DNA of 64,000 bases. Origin: Podarcis muralis. Its lineage: Eukaryota. Every line of letters begins with the position of its first letter. Position 1 is the first letter of the stretch. Location of the stretch: assembly GCF_964188315.1 (NCBI RefSeq), contig NC_135662.1:25544001-25608000 (forward strand). Reading direction: 5' to 3'. The notes beneath the pieces were generated by a model that was not told where the DNA came from, searched no databases, and was given only the letters and a program-made list of their open reading frames with translations. Shown piece after piece: positions 1 to 18,100 of the stretch. A program made the translations under genes and the position numbers.

Positions 1-270
1 GTCATTATACTACTCAATAGAAATTACAGGCAAGAACTGCAGTTAGTATGTAACAGAAATATGTAAAGAATGAATACTTAGTAATGTAACTTTCTTCTTC
101 AAAAAAGAACAAGACTGCACTGTGAAAAACAAACCATTTTCTTCTTTTACACATCCCCGTACATCAGTGATTTCAGAAAACGGGAAATGTGACAAGAAAT
201 ACTTCATTTTAAGCAAAACTATGTGCAATAGATTCATGCATATCCTGATTGTCAGAAGGGGTCAGAATTA

Positions 271-5314
<5,044 letters not shown>

Positions 5315-5439
5315 GCCGACGGGGATGAGCCCCACAGAGGGAGGGGCGGGAAGAAGGACCTTCACCAAACTTCGGGCAAAACCAGCCCAGCCAGCCCCCA
5401 ACCCAGCCACCCCCCAAGCTGTCCTCCTCCTCCTCTCCT

Positions 5440-5940
5440 GTGCAGAGGAGCAATACTAGCCCCTTCCCAACCCTACACCTCCAGCCACCTCAGCTCTCCC
5501 TCAGTCCCTGCCCCGCACCTGCATTTAGGAGAGCGGGGGCGTGGGGGGAGGCGCCTGCCCCACGCGGCCTCTTTTTGTAGCTTAATTGCAACAGGAGCCA
5601 ATTCCGCAGCGCAGGGCGGGCTACACCCCTGCGAGGCGCGCAAATGGCTGCGGGCCGGGGCTGTTTGGGGATGTGGCTGTACCTGCCCCTTCCTCCGCCC
5701 CACGTGGTGCAGGTGAGAGAGACACACCTGAGGGAGGCCGCCCATTGGCTTCTCTCCCCGCAAGGGACGTGGCAACCGGGCGGGGGGAGGAGGCGAGGGC
5801 GGGTCAGGGGAGCAGGCCGAGGGGCTTTAACCCAGGGACGGAGATTGCGCCCAGGGACACCTGCCTGGGACAAAGGCGCACGCCCTCGTGAGTGTGGAAG
5901 TCCCGGAAAAGGCTGGCCGGCTCACCTCCACAGCGGAGCC
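5440..5940 (-). promoter_or_regulatory. ESRP1 promoter/5' UTR CpG island
   Basis: GC- and CpG-rich sequence upstream of the ATG. CCAAT (minus) at 5744-5748, GC boxes, and E2-boxes CACCTG/CAGGTG at 5516, 5710, 5725 and 5858. Confidence 0.7.
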
Positions 5941-7228
5941 TTTTTATTCTTTCTTTGTATGGAGCTGCGAAATAAAGCAATAAAGTTCTGTGTTGGTTTT
6001 ATGTATTTTACAAAGCTGAGAGTGCGGTGTAGTGGTGAGAGTGTTGGGCTAGGACTAGAGGGGTTATTGGTTTGCTTACCTTTATTGTGTATTTCGCATT
6101 CTCATTTTGTGAACCGGCCTGGGATCTTCTGATCATAAATTTAAAAAATATTATTAATAGGACCTGGGAAATAAAAGGGCATGAAGCTCATTGGGTCATC
6201 TTGGACCAGTCACTCTCAGCCTAACCGACCTCTCGGGGTTGTTCTGAAAATAAATTGGGGTGGAGAACTATGCCGCCTTGAGCGCCTTGGAGGAACGGTG
6301 GGATATAAATGCAAGTACTGTAGTAGTAGTAGTAGTCATTAGCAAAACATTAATAACAGTAATCCATCACGGGCATTGTTCAAAGCATTTCACGTGCGTT
6401 ACCTGGTTGTGATCCTTCCAACAACCCTGACAGGTAGGTCAGCGTTCTTCCCCGTATAGAGGATGAGAGTGTTTGAAGGCTTGGGGGGCGGCGGCCTTGT
6501 TTAGGACTCACCTGGTGAGCTCATGGGAGAAGTAACACTTGAACCAGGGGCTTCCCTTTAACAAATGCACCAGCCACTAACTGTCTATGACTACTAGCCT
6601 ACTAATAAAGGTTGTATTTGGCTGCAGTGCTATGTTCACTCATTTGGAAAGGAGCCCAGTGAGGCTTACTTCCAAGTAAACAGGCACAAGGTCAGGCTTC
6701 TTGTTTGGGTGCCAAGGATAACGGGAGGACACGCAGAACGGAACATACGGAGTAGTGTCAGAAAATGGAATCTGAAAGGATGGCAGAGATCGGCCAGACA
6801 GAGAAGAGGCGACCGCCCAGATTGGTGAGGATCCGGGAAACAATGTAGTCAAGTAACGTTAAAGGAGAATTGCCTCCAGATATATGAAGGGCTGTCGTGC
6901 AAAAAAGTTGGAGCAGAAGCTAGTTCCCTGTTGCTCCATAGCCGTTTTAAGGACGCAGGAAGCTGCCTTATACAGAGGCCAGTCCCGTTGACACTGACGG
7001 GCAGCATCTCAACAGGGGACATTTCCCAGTCCTACCCCGCGATACTGGGGATTTAACCGGGGACCTTCTGCACACAAAGGATGTGCTCTGCGTCCTCTGC
7101 GGCTATGGTTCCCCCTCCACCCACCCCGACAACAACAAAAAGATATGTACGGATCTATCCGTTTAGACATAAATATTCCTCCTTCCCACGATTAGACCCA
7201 TTGGTCTGACCAATCCAGGTTTCATCTT

Positions 7229-7515
7229 CATAGAATCGTAGAGTTGGAAGCAACCCGAGAGTCATCTAGTCCAACCCCTTGCAATGCAGAAATCTCAGCT
7301 GGAGCATCCATGATAGATGGCTTATCCAACCTCTGCTTTAAAACCTCCCAAGGCGGAGAGTCTACAACCTCCCGAGGGAGACTGTTCCACTGTTGAACAG
7401 CTCTTACTGTCAGAAAGTGTTTTCCCTCCCGTATGTTCGGTCGGAATTTCCTTTCTTGAAACTTGAAGCCATGGGTTCCAGTCCTACCCTCCTGAAGATA
7501 CTTGCAAATGGCTAT
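7229..7515 (-). mobile_element. CR1 LINE 3' end
   Basis: Minus-strand peptide FLTVRAVQQWNSLPREVVDSP...KQRLD is the typical CR1 ORF2 C-terminus, followed by the ggttggactagatga 3' UTR and attctatg tail. Confidence 0.85.
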
Positions 7516-10500
7516 CATCTCTCCTCTCAGCGCTCCTCGTAAGGCTTGGTTTTCATAACCTTGAAGGATATGATCTGTGCCCTCCCACCTGCTACTACTC
7601 CCCCCACCTTTGAAAAAAGTTTATGGGGAGGGGAATATTGCATTGCAGGGGGTTAGATTTGGTGACCCACGAGGTTCCTTACAACTCTGGAATTCTATGG
7701 TTCTTTTAACTCTGCCAGTAAGATGCCCTGCGCTCCGGGTTATGGAAAGACCGGTTCATCTCCGGGCATCAGCGGTGGGGAAAGGATCCATTCCTGGGTG
7801 CAGCGGGGAAACCAGCAGCTCCTTTCAGGATCATCTGGCCCGGTGCGCGCAAGATCTCTAGAACTTGGATCGCGCGCTCCCTCGCTCGGTGGATACTATA
7901 GCTCGCTGCCGCCCTAGGGTCAACCTGGGGTCCCTGGCTATGTTGGGCTGCAACTCCCACGCTCCCTAGGTAGCAATACCAGCGGGCAGGCTTGATGGGA
8001 GTCGTCCAACAACAGCTGGGGACCCAAAAGGACTTCCTAGAAGCCTGTATAGATTTTCAAGAAGCTGGAAATAGTTCCTCTGTGGCAGCCTTTGCAGCCC
8101 AAGAAACCGCCCACTGGGCCCGAAGCTGCGGAATAAACTATTGGAGATTAACAGCTGTCCCGTGGGTAGCGTTGGTTTCCTGCGGAGCGATTTGACAGGC
8201 TGCTAGCAGTTTGAAGAGTCCGCCATGGGTGCAGCTGCCTTCCCAAATCAAGTAGATAAATAAGAATACTACTTAACTAAAACTATAAATGATAGAAAGA
8301 TTTTGACAGATGTTTTCCGAGTGCTTGAGGTCAAAAGAAAACAATTAAAAACAACTGTTGCGGAGACATTTCATTCCGAATCTGCTAGACAGAGAGGATG
8401 GAGACCATGGGGGTGAGAAACCGAATCGACTGGGACTGATGGACTGAGCAAATCTATAGCATACTTACCAGGAAGTAAACCTCAATAAGCTGCGCTCTTC
8501 ACTAGAGGAAGGAAACTCCATTGATAGTAGCGGGACTGACTTCTGAGCAAGGAAGTGATTATTATTATTATTAATATTATTACAGTTACCGTAAATCCCT
8601 ATTACCTCCAAATATTGGCGTACAATATTCTCCTCTACTCCTCACATCAACTATTCCCAAGTCACACATTGACATTCATGGCTACCTGCAGATTTGAACC
8701 CTGGTCTCCAAGGTTCCAATTCTCCGACCCCACTACAAGAGCCTTATGTTCACACCATTGGGAGCTACTTCCGAATTAAGCGTGGTTTCTTATTTTTATA
8801 GAAGGCTGGACAGTAACACCTTTCTCTGGGCGGCTTAATGAAGCACAAAATGACACAGTGCCCTAAAACAGATGACTGGCGCCGTCTGTCATGTATGATC
8901 CACTTGCGATTCCTGCATTGCAGGGGGTTGGACTAGATGACCTTTGGGATCCCTTCCCTATTCTTTGCTTCTGTGAAAAACAACCCCAAATCCTGAGCAC
9001 TTGCAGTGCAATCCTACCCAAAGGTTAAGCCCCTTTGAGTTTAACGGGGTTTACTCCCAATAAAGTGGCCATAGGATTTCAGCCTTAGAATACCTACTAT
9101 TGAACTGAATGCGGGTTTACAGTCCCATCCCATTGTGTGTGTTTGTTTGCTCAAAAGTCGCTTTGAGTCGCCGTGGCAAAAAAGCGACCAATAAATGTAA
9201 TATTAATAATAGTTCCAGACGCTTATTCGGAAACAATGGAGAAGGGTCACATACAGGAGGGTTCCCAGGTTCAGTTCCCAACATCCCTAAGTAGATCTGG
9301 AGAAACCGTGGAGAAACCCTGTCAGTCTGGGCGCATCTCTAGATCGATCCATTGCTCTGACTCGGAATAAGGCAGCTTTTTTTGTTTCTAGGGAATGGCA
9401 AGGCGGAGACAAGTTAGACAACCAACTTGGCGTGGTAGGTCTCTTCCCACAGGATGATGGCACAAGAGCATTAATTTTTTTTGCGGAGTGCCTGAGATTT
9501 GCGCGCTACAGACTCACCAGCAGAGCGCAAAACAAAACCAGGAAAAGGCGAGGGCGGAGGAAGAGAGTATTTTGCGTGAGAATAGTCTTACCCCGCTGTG
9601 GCCTGTTTCAAGACAGGGTTGCTGGCTTATATATATTTCCTTTTCATGTTAATACGGAGCACATTGTCCTTTTTTTTGAAGGGGTGGTGGTGGTGGTGCG
9701 TGCTTTGGCCACTGATTTCAGACAGATGCCATTTTCATAGACCCTCACAGTGTGCTCTTTATTTTGGAGCGCTTTGGTGGCTCTCCTACTTGCTTATGCG
9801 ATTTCCAGAAGAAAGGAGCCGCGAGTCGCGACCACCCGCCTTCCATGCCCATCCCATCCTGGTCCGATTTCACTTTTTAGCCCTTTTTCAGTTCCATCGT
9901 GCCGCCCTCCCGCTCTCTGCGGGAGAAGCAGCTGCTGCAAAGCCGTGCGCGCAGTTCCGGGCGGGCAGCTGCCTGCAGGAAGCAGTGCCCGAGCAGGAGC
10001 TTTGTGGCGCCGCCGGACTGGGCGATCAGGTTTGGGAGGAGGGAGCCGCCGCGCTCGGAATTAATTTGCTCAGTGTTTCCAGGACTCCCCGCCCTCTTTT
10101 TCAGGGCAAATGATTTCGCACCGTAAGCAACAATCGGAGACGCACACTAACACACGGAGGGAAAATATCGTCAATCATTCCAGACTGGCAATTCTTGCCT
10201 GTCTGCACACAGCGGCTACGGGCGAACTGTCTCTGCACCGGCTGCCATTCATAAAAAAATTACCAACATCTCTTCTCAATGGAACATTTTGAGTCTGCGC
10301 ACTGCACTGCAGCTCGCTCGCCTGCGAGATTGTTGCGCGTGGGAGGCTGCTTCGGATTCGAAGAGCTCCTTCTTAGCCTCTGGCCAGAGTCGCCGTGCCA
10401 AAAGGGGGTGGCTGCGGGGAAGAGAGTCACAGAGCAATCTTATCTACTCAGAAGTGAGTCACAGGTATCCCTGTTGGGCCTCTGGGAGTTAGGGAGAATC

Positions 10501-10991
10501 CCGATGTAGCAATAGTTAGGGTATTTCTCTCCATTCTGATGTTATAGGGCTCCCAGCTCCCATCAGCCTCCGCCGACATGGCCAAGGTCAGGCATGAGTA
10601 CGGTTTTGGATTAATGTTTCTGCCCCCAAAAGCACAAGATCTGTGATTTATACCGTTCAGTCCTCCGAGACTGATGTGGCCTGTGATTTAATGGTAGGTT
10701 TTTAGGGGTGGTGGTGGATGGTATGATAGTTTGTCAATAATAATAATAATAATGTGAATTCAAAAGGACACATTTTTAAAATCCTGGATCTGACTTTTAC
10801 CAGATCTTCTACAAGTACAGGCTGGCTTATAAGCAGTATGGTTGTAAATAAATGTTTATCACATCATAGTTTGCCTGCGATGTGGCGCTCTTGTTATTGT
10901 CAACGTTCAATGGTTTGAGGATTATAGAATTACTTTCAGCAAGTCTACACACATTTAGAAGCACGTATCGCTGTTTACTCAGACACAAGTA

Positions 10992-11218
10992 CAGTGGTAC
11001 CTCGGGTTAAGTACTTAATTCGTTCCGGAGGTATGTACTTAACTTGAAACTGTTCTTAACCTGAAGCACCACTTTAGCTAATGGGGCCTCCTGCTGCCGC
11101 CGCGCCGCCGGAGCACGATTTCTGTTCTCATCCTGAAGCAAAGTTCTTAACCTGAAGCACTATTTCTGGGTTAGTGGAGTCTGTAACCTGAAGCGTATGT
11201 AACCCTGTGGTACCACTG
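10992..11218. mobile_element. Tc1/mariner-pogo-type MITE, family A
   Basis: TIRs CAGTGGTACC...GGTACCACTG flanked by TA at both ends. Confidence 0.85.
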
Positions 11219-11779
11219 TATGCACAGGAGCGTAGTTGGATCCTATGCAGGTTCAGTTGAAGCAATTCTCACTGTTTAAAGGAGCTTACTCCCAGGAGCG
11301 GATTCTATGCAACTTCATTTGACCCACCCCTGCAATTAAGTGGTATATACATTTTATGAAACAAATTTGTAGAGTAGAGCTGCTGAGCCTTTAATAATTG
11401 TGTGAAAGAGGGAATTTCAGCAGGTGTAGCAGCACAACAAGCCACACCTACTGAGATCCCCTCTAACACACAATTATTAAAGGTGCAGGAGTTTTGTTCC
11501 TCTTCACCCAACTTCCGCAGCTGGACGCCCTGTTTACTCGGAAGGCGCTCTCCCTGTACCAAATGCTTCTTACTCCCAAGTAAGGCTGGAGAGGTCTAAA
11601 CCCCGATCCCACGTAGAAAGATGACTCTGAAACAACGCACTTGATTAATGGGGATTATTCCCCAGTAAGGGCACATTGCATAGCATGCCTTAACCGCACG
11701 TCCCACAACTACGCTGCCTTTGCTTCTCCAACGATATATAGGCACGTTGTTCTGCTTTTAGCCAAGCGGCAGATTTAGG

Positions 11780-12130
11780 AGGAAAAGCAGCAGCTGAGCA
11801 GGATCTATTTTACGAACGGCTGGAAAGAAGCTTAGTGCGCATGCGCTCCCCCACCTGCCATTCCTCCTTGACTCCGGAAGTGCTTCTCGTGTCAGGCGAG
11901 GTGCTTCCGCCGAAGGAAAATGGCGGCGGACACAACAACGGAGCTTCTGTTTTTAGACACTTTCAAGCACCAGAGCACAGAGGTAACGGGGGAGGCGAGG
12001 GCCGTTTCCTTCTGCTTGACGGGCGCCCAAAGAGGACGGGCGTAGCGGAGTTTTAGTCTTTTTTGCTCCAGGGACGAGGGTTGATTTTATGCAGAGAGGT
12101 CGGACCCTCGGGGCGGGGCTAGAGCCCCTT
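11780..12130 (+). promoter_or_regulatory. VIRMA promoter CpG island
   Basis: NRF1-type TGCGCATGCGC at 11836-11846, ETS/GABPA CCGGAAGT at 11874-11881, and a YY1-type AAAATGGCGG overlapping the ATG. Confidence 0.75.
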
Positions 12131-15100
12131 TGCTCTCTCGAGCCCCACAAAGGAAACTGGTGACAGCTCTGGCCCGTTTCCTTCTTTAGTAGGTGCATCT
12201 GCGTCTTGTATAGAGGTTCACACGCATGTACAAGTGTAAACATATTTCTTTTTCATATTGGTTTTTTTTTTGGGGGGGGGGGAGGTTTCGACCATAGGAA
12301 TGAGATGCCTTACCTTTAATAAAAATAAAAAGCCTGTCAATTGTCTAGGTGTTGTTTGATCTGAAATAACTGCTACTCTGTGGCAATTACTAACATAGAT
12401 TATAACCCATGATAACACACTCTGAATATTGTTGGATTCTAAGTTATGCCAGCCCAACCGATGTAGCCAGTAGTGGGAGGAAATGGGAGTTGCAGTTCGG
12501 CAGCATCAGGAGGGCCATAGTTCCCCGCCCCTGGGATAGAAAAAGCCGGTGGAAGTGGGAGTAACAACAGTAGTTTAAGTCGAAACAATCATAGGCTAGT
12601 TGGGGATCTTAAGTATGTGCAGCCTTACTGACAATTTGTATTGCTCTATTTGTGACCCGGAAGCTGTACACTGGCTCCCTTGGCCAATAAAGCGAGATGA
12701 GTGCCACAACCCCAGAGTCGATCACGACTGGACCTAATAGTCAGGGGTCTCTTTACCCTTTACCACTATTTGTATGTTATTATGTAGAGGAGATTATTGA
12801 TGAGAGAGGTTAAAAACTCTTAATGTATAGAGCCATCAAAGTCCAGTACTACGTGCTTTCCAAGCAGCTGAATTATCTGCATGTTGCTGTAGCTGTGCTG
12901 GCCCAGCACTCTTTTCTCCTGCACTAGTAGGTTGGGTAAAACAAATCTTTTGAGTCTCTTAAGTTGTGAGATAGTGTGAAAAGTAGAATGCATCTACTGT
13001 CTTTCTCCTTCTCCTCTAATCTGCCAAAAGCACAAGTATGCAATGCAGTCTGTTATATGGCTTGGTGAGATATAGGGAGCAGGTAGAGACCCTTCTATTC
13101 CCTGTGTGAGATATCATTTGTGTCCGTGAAAATGATAATACAGGTGAGGTGTACTGAGTTCTAGCAATATTGTCAAATTATTGTTTGTGCTGTTGCAGCT
13201 AACTACACAAACACTAGCATTAATTTGTCAAATTTGGTTGCCTGTGAACTGCTGGAAACCATTTTCAAATATTTTCTCATACATATCCGGTACACGTATG
13301 CATGCCTATTTTTTTGGAGAAAGGGGAGTCTGTGCATGCCAAATGACCCATATGTTGGGTTAGGAAAATTTATTTGGATTTCAGTACATTTCATCATGCA
13401 AGTATAACCAGATTTATGCTGCAGTTGTTTATATTAAACTTTGCCTCTTGACCTTCACAGACTAAGACACTTGCTTACTCAACAAATGTGGAGCATGTGA
13501 AGTTGCTACTTGTGCTTATAGTGAAATATTCATTAGATGGACTGTAGTGTTCTTAGACTTATGAAGATCAGATGGAGGATGCTTGTGAAAATGCTGACTG
13601 TTAAATGGGAGCTGAAGCCAGGCAACATCTGGCCTTGGGGAAGGCTTACATATAGTGGAGGCATTCCTTTTTACCCTCCAAGCTGAATACAGCTTGCTTG
13701 CCATGTATCTTATCAGATACATGTATCTATCAGATGTTGACAACACTTCAGTATATACTGACAGTTAGTTCAGTATATTATGTGTTCGTTACATTTGTGC
13801 TCAAGGCACCTAAAATCAATAATATGCCATTTTTCGGGCAAGTAGGAAACAAGAAGGTTAGAGAGTCACTAGTAGGTTGTGTTTGACTTCATAGGCCACA
13901 AATGTATTAATTTAGAAAAAATATTCTGTGCTTCCCTTCAATAAAATTCCTCTGTATGGTGTACATTACAATAATAGAAGAGCAAAACAAACAAAAAACC
14001 AGCAGAAGTTGTAGACTTTTTTTATTCCATTCTTAAAATTACTTACCTTTAAAAACATTAAAACAATTTGCTTAACAGCCAGCTGTATTTTTTAGGATGG
14101 CAGCCTAAGGAATTGGTGAAAGGCTTTCTCTGGTAGTGGTTACTTTTTAACTGCATCATCTGTAGCAAGATGTAACTTTATAAAGGCATGCTATGGCCAT
14201 TAAATTTACATTAAAATACTGATAGGTGACTGAGTCATTGTGTGAAGCTTTAAATCTTCATGCTTTTCTTGTTCCTTTACTACTGTGTTTCACACTAATA
14301 CAGTATCATGCAACTTTCCTTTTGTTTTGGCCAAGTACTAGGTTTTCAGCATATACACCTTTTGTTTTGCTTTCTCATCTTTCCTGTAGCACATTGCAAA
14401 CTTTTTCTGTGTTCCTCAGTTCCCTGATGGATCATTGTCTATTCTTTCTGTTCATCCAATCATCCTCTTGGTTCATCTTCTCTTCCTGCACCTCAGTTAC
14501 CTGATGTCAGAATATAGCTTTTTCTGTCTCTTTGAGAACATCAAACATTCATTTTTTAACAGCAATGTTTGACCAGCCCTTCCTGTAGTAGTTGTGAATA
14601 TTCCATGACATCACAGCAGCCCAGATAATGCCTTAGGCTGTGGTTGTGTGAAGTGAGTGAAAGATAGTTTAGAGACTTACTGTATATAAAAAGAATATTG
14701 CAATGCATCTCAGTATGGGATGCATGCCATTAAATTACTCATTAAAAAGGTAAGGTAAAGGGACCCCTGACCATTAGGTCCAGTCGTGGCCGACTCTGGG
14801 GTTGCGACGCTCTTCTTGCTTTATTGGCTGAGGGAGGGAGCCGGCGTACAGCTTCCGGGTCATGTGGCCAGCATGACTAAGCCGCTTCTGGCGAACCAGA
14901 GCAGCGCATGGAAACGCTGTTTACCTTCCCGCCGGAGTGGTACCTATTTATCTACTTGCACTTTGACGTGCTTTCAAACTGCTAGGTTGGCAGGAGCAGG
15001 GACCGAGCAGTGGGAGCTCACCCCGTCACGGGGATTTAAATTGCCGACCTTCTGATTGGCAAGTCCTAGGCTCTGTGGTTTAACCCACAGCGCCACCCGC

Positions 15101-18100
15101 GTCCCTTCATTAAAAAGCTAGGCAACTATTAATATAACAAAAGCAAAATTAATTTGTACTCTTCAAAAGCTGCACTCAGTGGCTGAATGTCACCTCTGAA
15201 TTTTATTTTTTTATGTCCTTGCCTGCTGCAAATGGTAAGCAGCCTAGTGTGGGTGGCACTTGTCAGGAAAAATGGGTGGATACAGCTGTCATATCATTGC
15301 TGGCCTTTTAGACAATTTCTGGGCGCTGTGCCATATATTTTAACCTTCATGAATTTTGTTCTCTTTGTTTTTGTTTTTGATAGCAAAGTAGTAATGTAGA
15401 TGTGGTTCGCTTTCCATGCGTGGTTTACATCAATGAAGTACGTGTCATCCCTCCAGGAGTAAGAGCTCATTCTAACTTACCTGAAAACAGAGCTTATGGG
15501 TAAGTGCAAGTTGATTAATTCAATTCTTTATTTAGAATATAGACATCCTGCTTTCTAGCACCTAGTGCCTCTCAAAGCAAAATTAAACAAAGGCTTACAG
15601 AAGATTCTCAAAGTCAAACTCAAATGTGGTACAGGAACAAAAATTACCTACATGGTGTACATATGGGGGCCAGAGTATTCAGGCTCTCATTCTTGTTCTT
15701 CTGTGGTGTCATACCAGGCAGTCGCTCCCCCAATGTCATCTGAAGCAAGGAGGTGATTTGTATCTTACTGAGTCCTCTGATGAAGGCAAGCCTTCCCTTA
15801 TTGGCAATTCCCATTTGCCAAGTAATAGCTCCTTCCGAGGCAAGGGAGTTGGGCCGAGCAGCTGGAACTTGCTCAGCACATAGTGAAACTAGTCTTCCTT
15901 TTCTGGAAGTTAGTAGCTACCTACCAGTGGTTATTTGAACAGCATTTTAAATTTGGAAAGTATTTTGTTATGTTCTCCTTCCCAACAACCTTGTAGCTCC
16001 CATTATAGAGATATGGAAGAAACTTGCCCTTGGCCACACAATGGCAGAAAGACTTGAACTTGGGTCTCCCAGATCCATCAGCCTATTCCAAAGCTTAGGA
16101 CAATATGAGAACTTAGAGAGGGATCTAGATTGCGTCAAGACAGTGGCCATAGCCAGAATGCCAGGGTCACTTGACCCTAATACAAGACTAGCACAGACCT
16201 GGAAAGTTTGTTTAGTTTGAAGTGAATTGGCAGACCATAGCTTGGAGACAGTTTTGGTTAGCTCCAGCCCTTATTTGCCCTATTGGGGTATTATGTCGAA
16301 GTAGGATTAGAACAAATCGGGAAAGGTGAAGTAAGAAGTGTGCTCACCCACATCTTCCTCCTGGTGGCAGTTTTCTGTTCATCTTTCCCAAAAGTTACTT
16401 CCAAGGTTTGGGGAATCCCTTTAAAGTGGTATTTCGCGTTGTGAAAGGGGATGTGGTTTTGCAGTGGGGGTTCATGGAAATCAGGGTCTTTATTGACCGC
16501 AAGCATTTATGATCATTTATCAAATCTGTGCAGTGTCAAATAGCACATGTGTGGTGGAGGTGCAGTCACAGATCTGCAGGCCTCTTACATAAGTGATGAG
16601 CTTGCCTAAAATTACAAAGGTGATGGTTAAGATAGTGGGGAAAAAATAAATGTATAACAATGTATGATTTACCTTTGGATACAACAATGCTAGGTTTATT
16701 AGATAATGGCCTGATGAGATGTCATGATAAACTGTAAACTATTGGATTGAGAATGAGCTGTGTGCTTCCTCATTACCCTTCTCCACCTCCCCTTGAGTTG
16801 TGGTTTATTAATTTTATAGTTGAATACTATTAAAAAGCTCCCCACTTCTTTACTTCTTGCAGATTGTGGCTATATGATAATTGGTATTTTAAGTCTCGAT
16901 TATCTTGTTTATTGTGGTTCTGTAAAATAATTTTTTACACTTTGGCTTTCTTCTCAGTGAAACATCTCCTCACACATTTCAGTTAGACCTGTTTTTCAAC
17001 AATGTCAGCAAACCAAGTGCCCCTGTATTTGACAGGCTAGGAAGGTAAGCAATTCTTTCATAATCTTGGTGCCATTGTAAGACTTAACCAGGGCTAAGGC
17101 AAGCTGTGTAAGCCTGGCTACTAGTTTCCTTGTGTCTTGTTTATGAAGAAAGCAGTTGAAGTAAATGGAAATGTAGGCTTTGAGTTTCTCTGTTCTACTA
17201 CTAAATATAAAAATAGGTAATTGTCATTCTCATTAGATACTGATTGAAAAAAGTACCATTGTGAATCTGGTTGTAAAAGATGTTGGTGCAGTTTCTTTGA
17301 CCTTTAACACATATTTCTGTTTTAACAGCCTGGAGTATGATGAGAACTCTTCAATAATTTTCAGACCTAATGCCAAGGTAATGATCACTTGTAAATTCTG
17401 AGATTGACCCTTCTAGTGACAACTGTACAGAGAGAGGCTGGTAACCTCTACACTGGGCTGCGTTGGGATGTTCTTGGGGTACTTTTGAAGTCTTCTCAGA
17501 AAGTTTCATTAGTGCAAAACATAGTTGCTAGGTTTTTCACTAGGGCCAACTATAGATAGCATCTCTCAACAGTTCTTAAACATGCATACCAGTGGCTAGT
17601 CTGTTTCCAAGAGCAGTTCAGAGTGCTGGTTGTTACCTATCTGAAGGACTGCCATCTACCTCATGAGCCTGCCTCAATCCTTTGATCTTCATCAGAGTCT
17701 CCTCATCAGAGTCCCACAATCATTTGAAATAAGGAGGTGGTGAGCAGAGCAAGTGCCTTCTCAGTCTTGGAGGACCACATTTTGAATGCCCTTCCCCAGA
17801 GGTGCTCACCTGGTTCCCACTCTTTATTAAAAACAAAGTGTCATCTAAGAAATGCTCTGGGGGAGACACGATTAGCTTTAGTCGATTGTGTGATGCAGTG
17901 CAGGCCATCTGAAGCCCATTAGAAACATTTGGTCTGAGTGGGCCAAGTGCACATGGTAGGGGGGCCAGCATTATACAGCCAGATGCTGTCTCACGTGTGT
18001 GTGTGTTAGAGAACTTGTGCATGTAGGCCAGCCGTGGAGAACCTCTGGCTCACAAGCAGAAGGTGACCTTCTCCAACCCATGGGACTCTCATCAAGTCAC

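Noticed and set aside
9432-10126. ORFs of 102-171 aa in the orphan CpG island
   Set aside because: They have no recognisable domain, and high GC content explains the lack of stops.
13441-13550. Acceptor-like cttgaccttcacag in VIRMA intron 1 followed by an in-frame stop (possible poison exon)
   Set aside because: I found no convincing downstream donor and have no conservation data.
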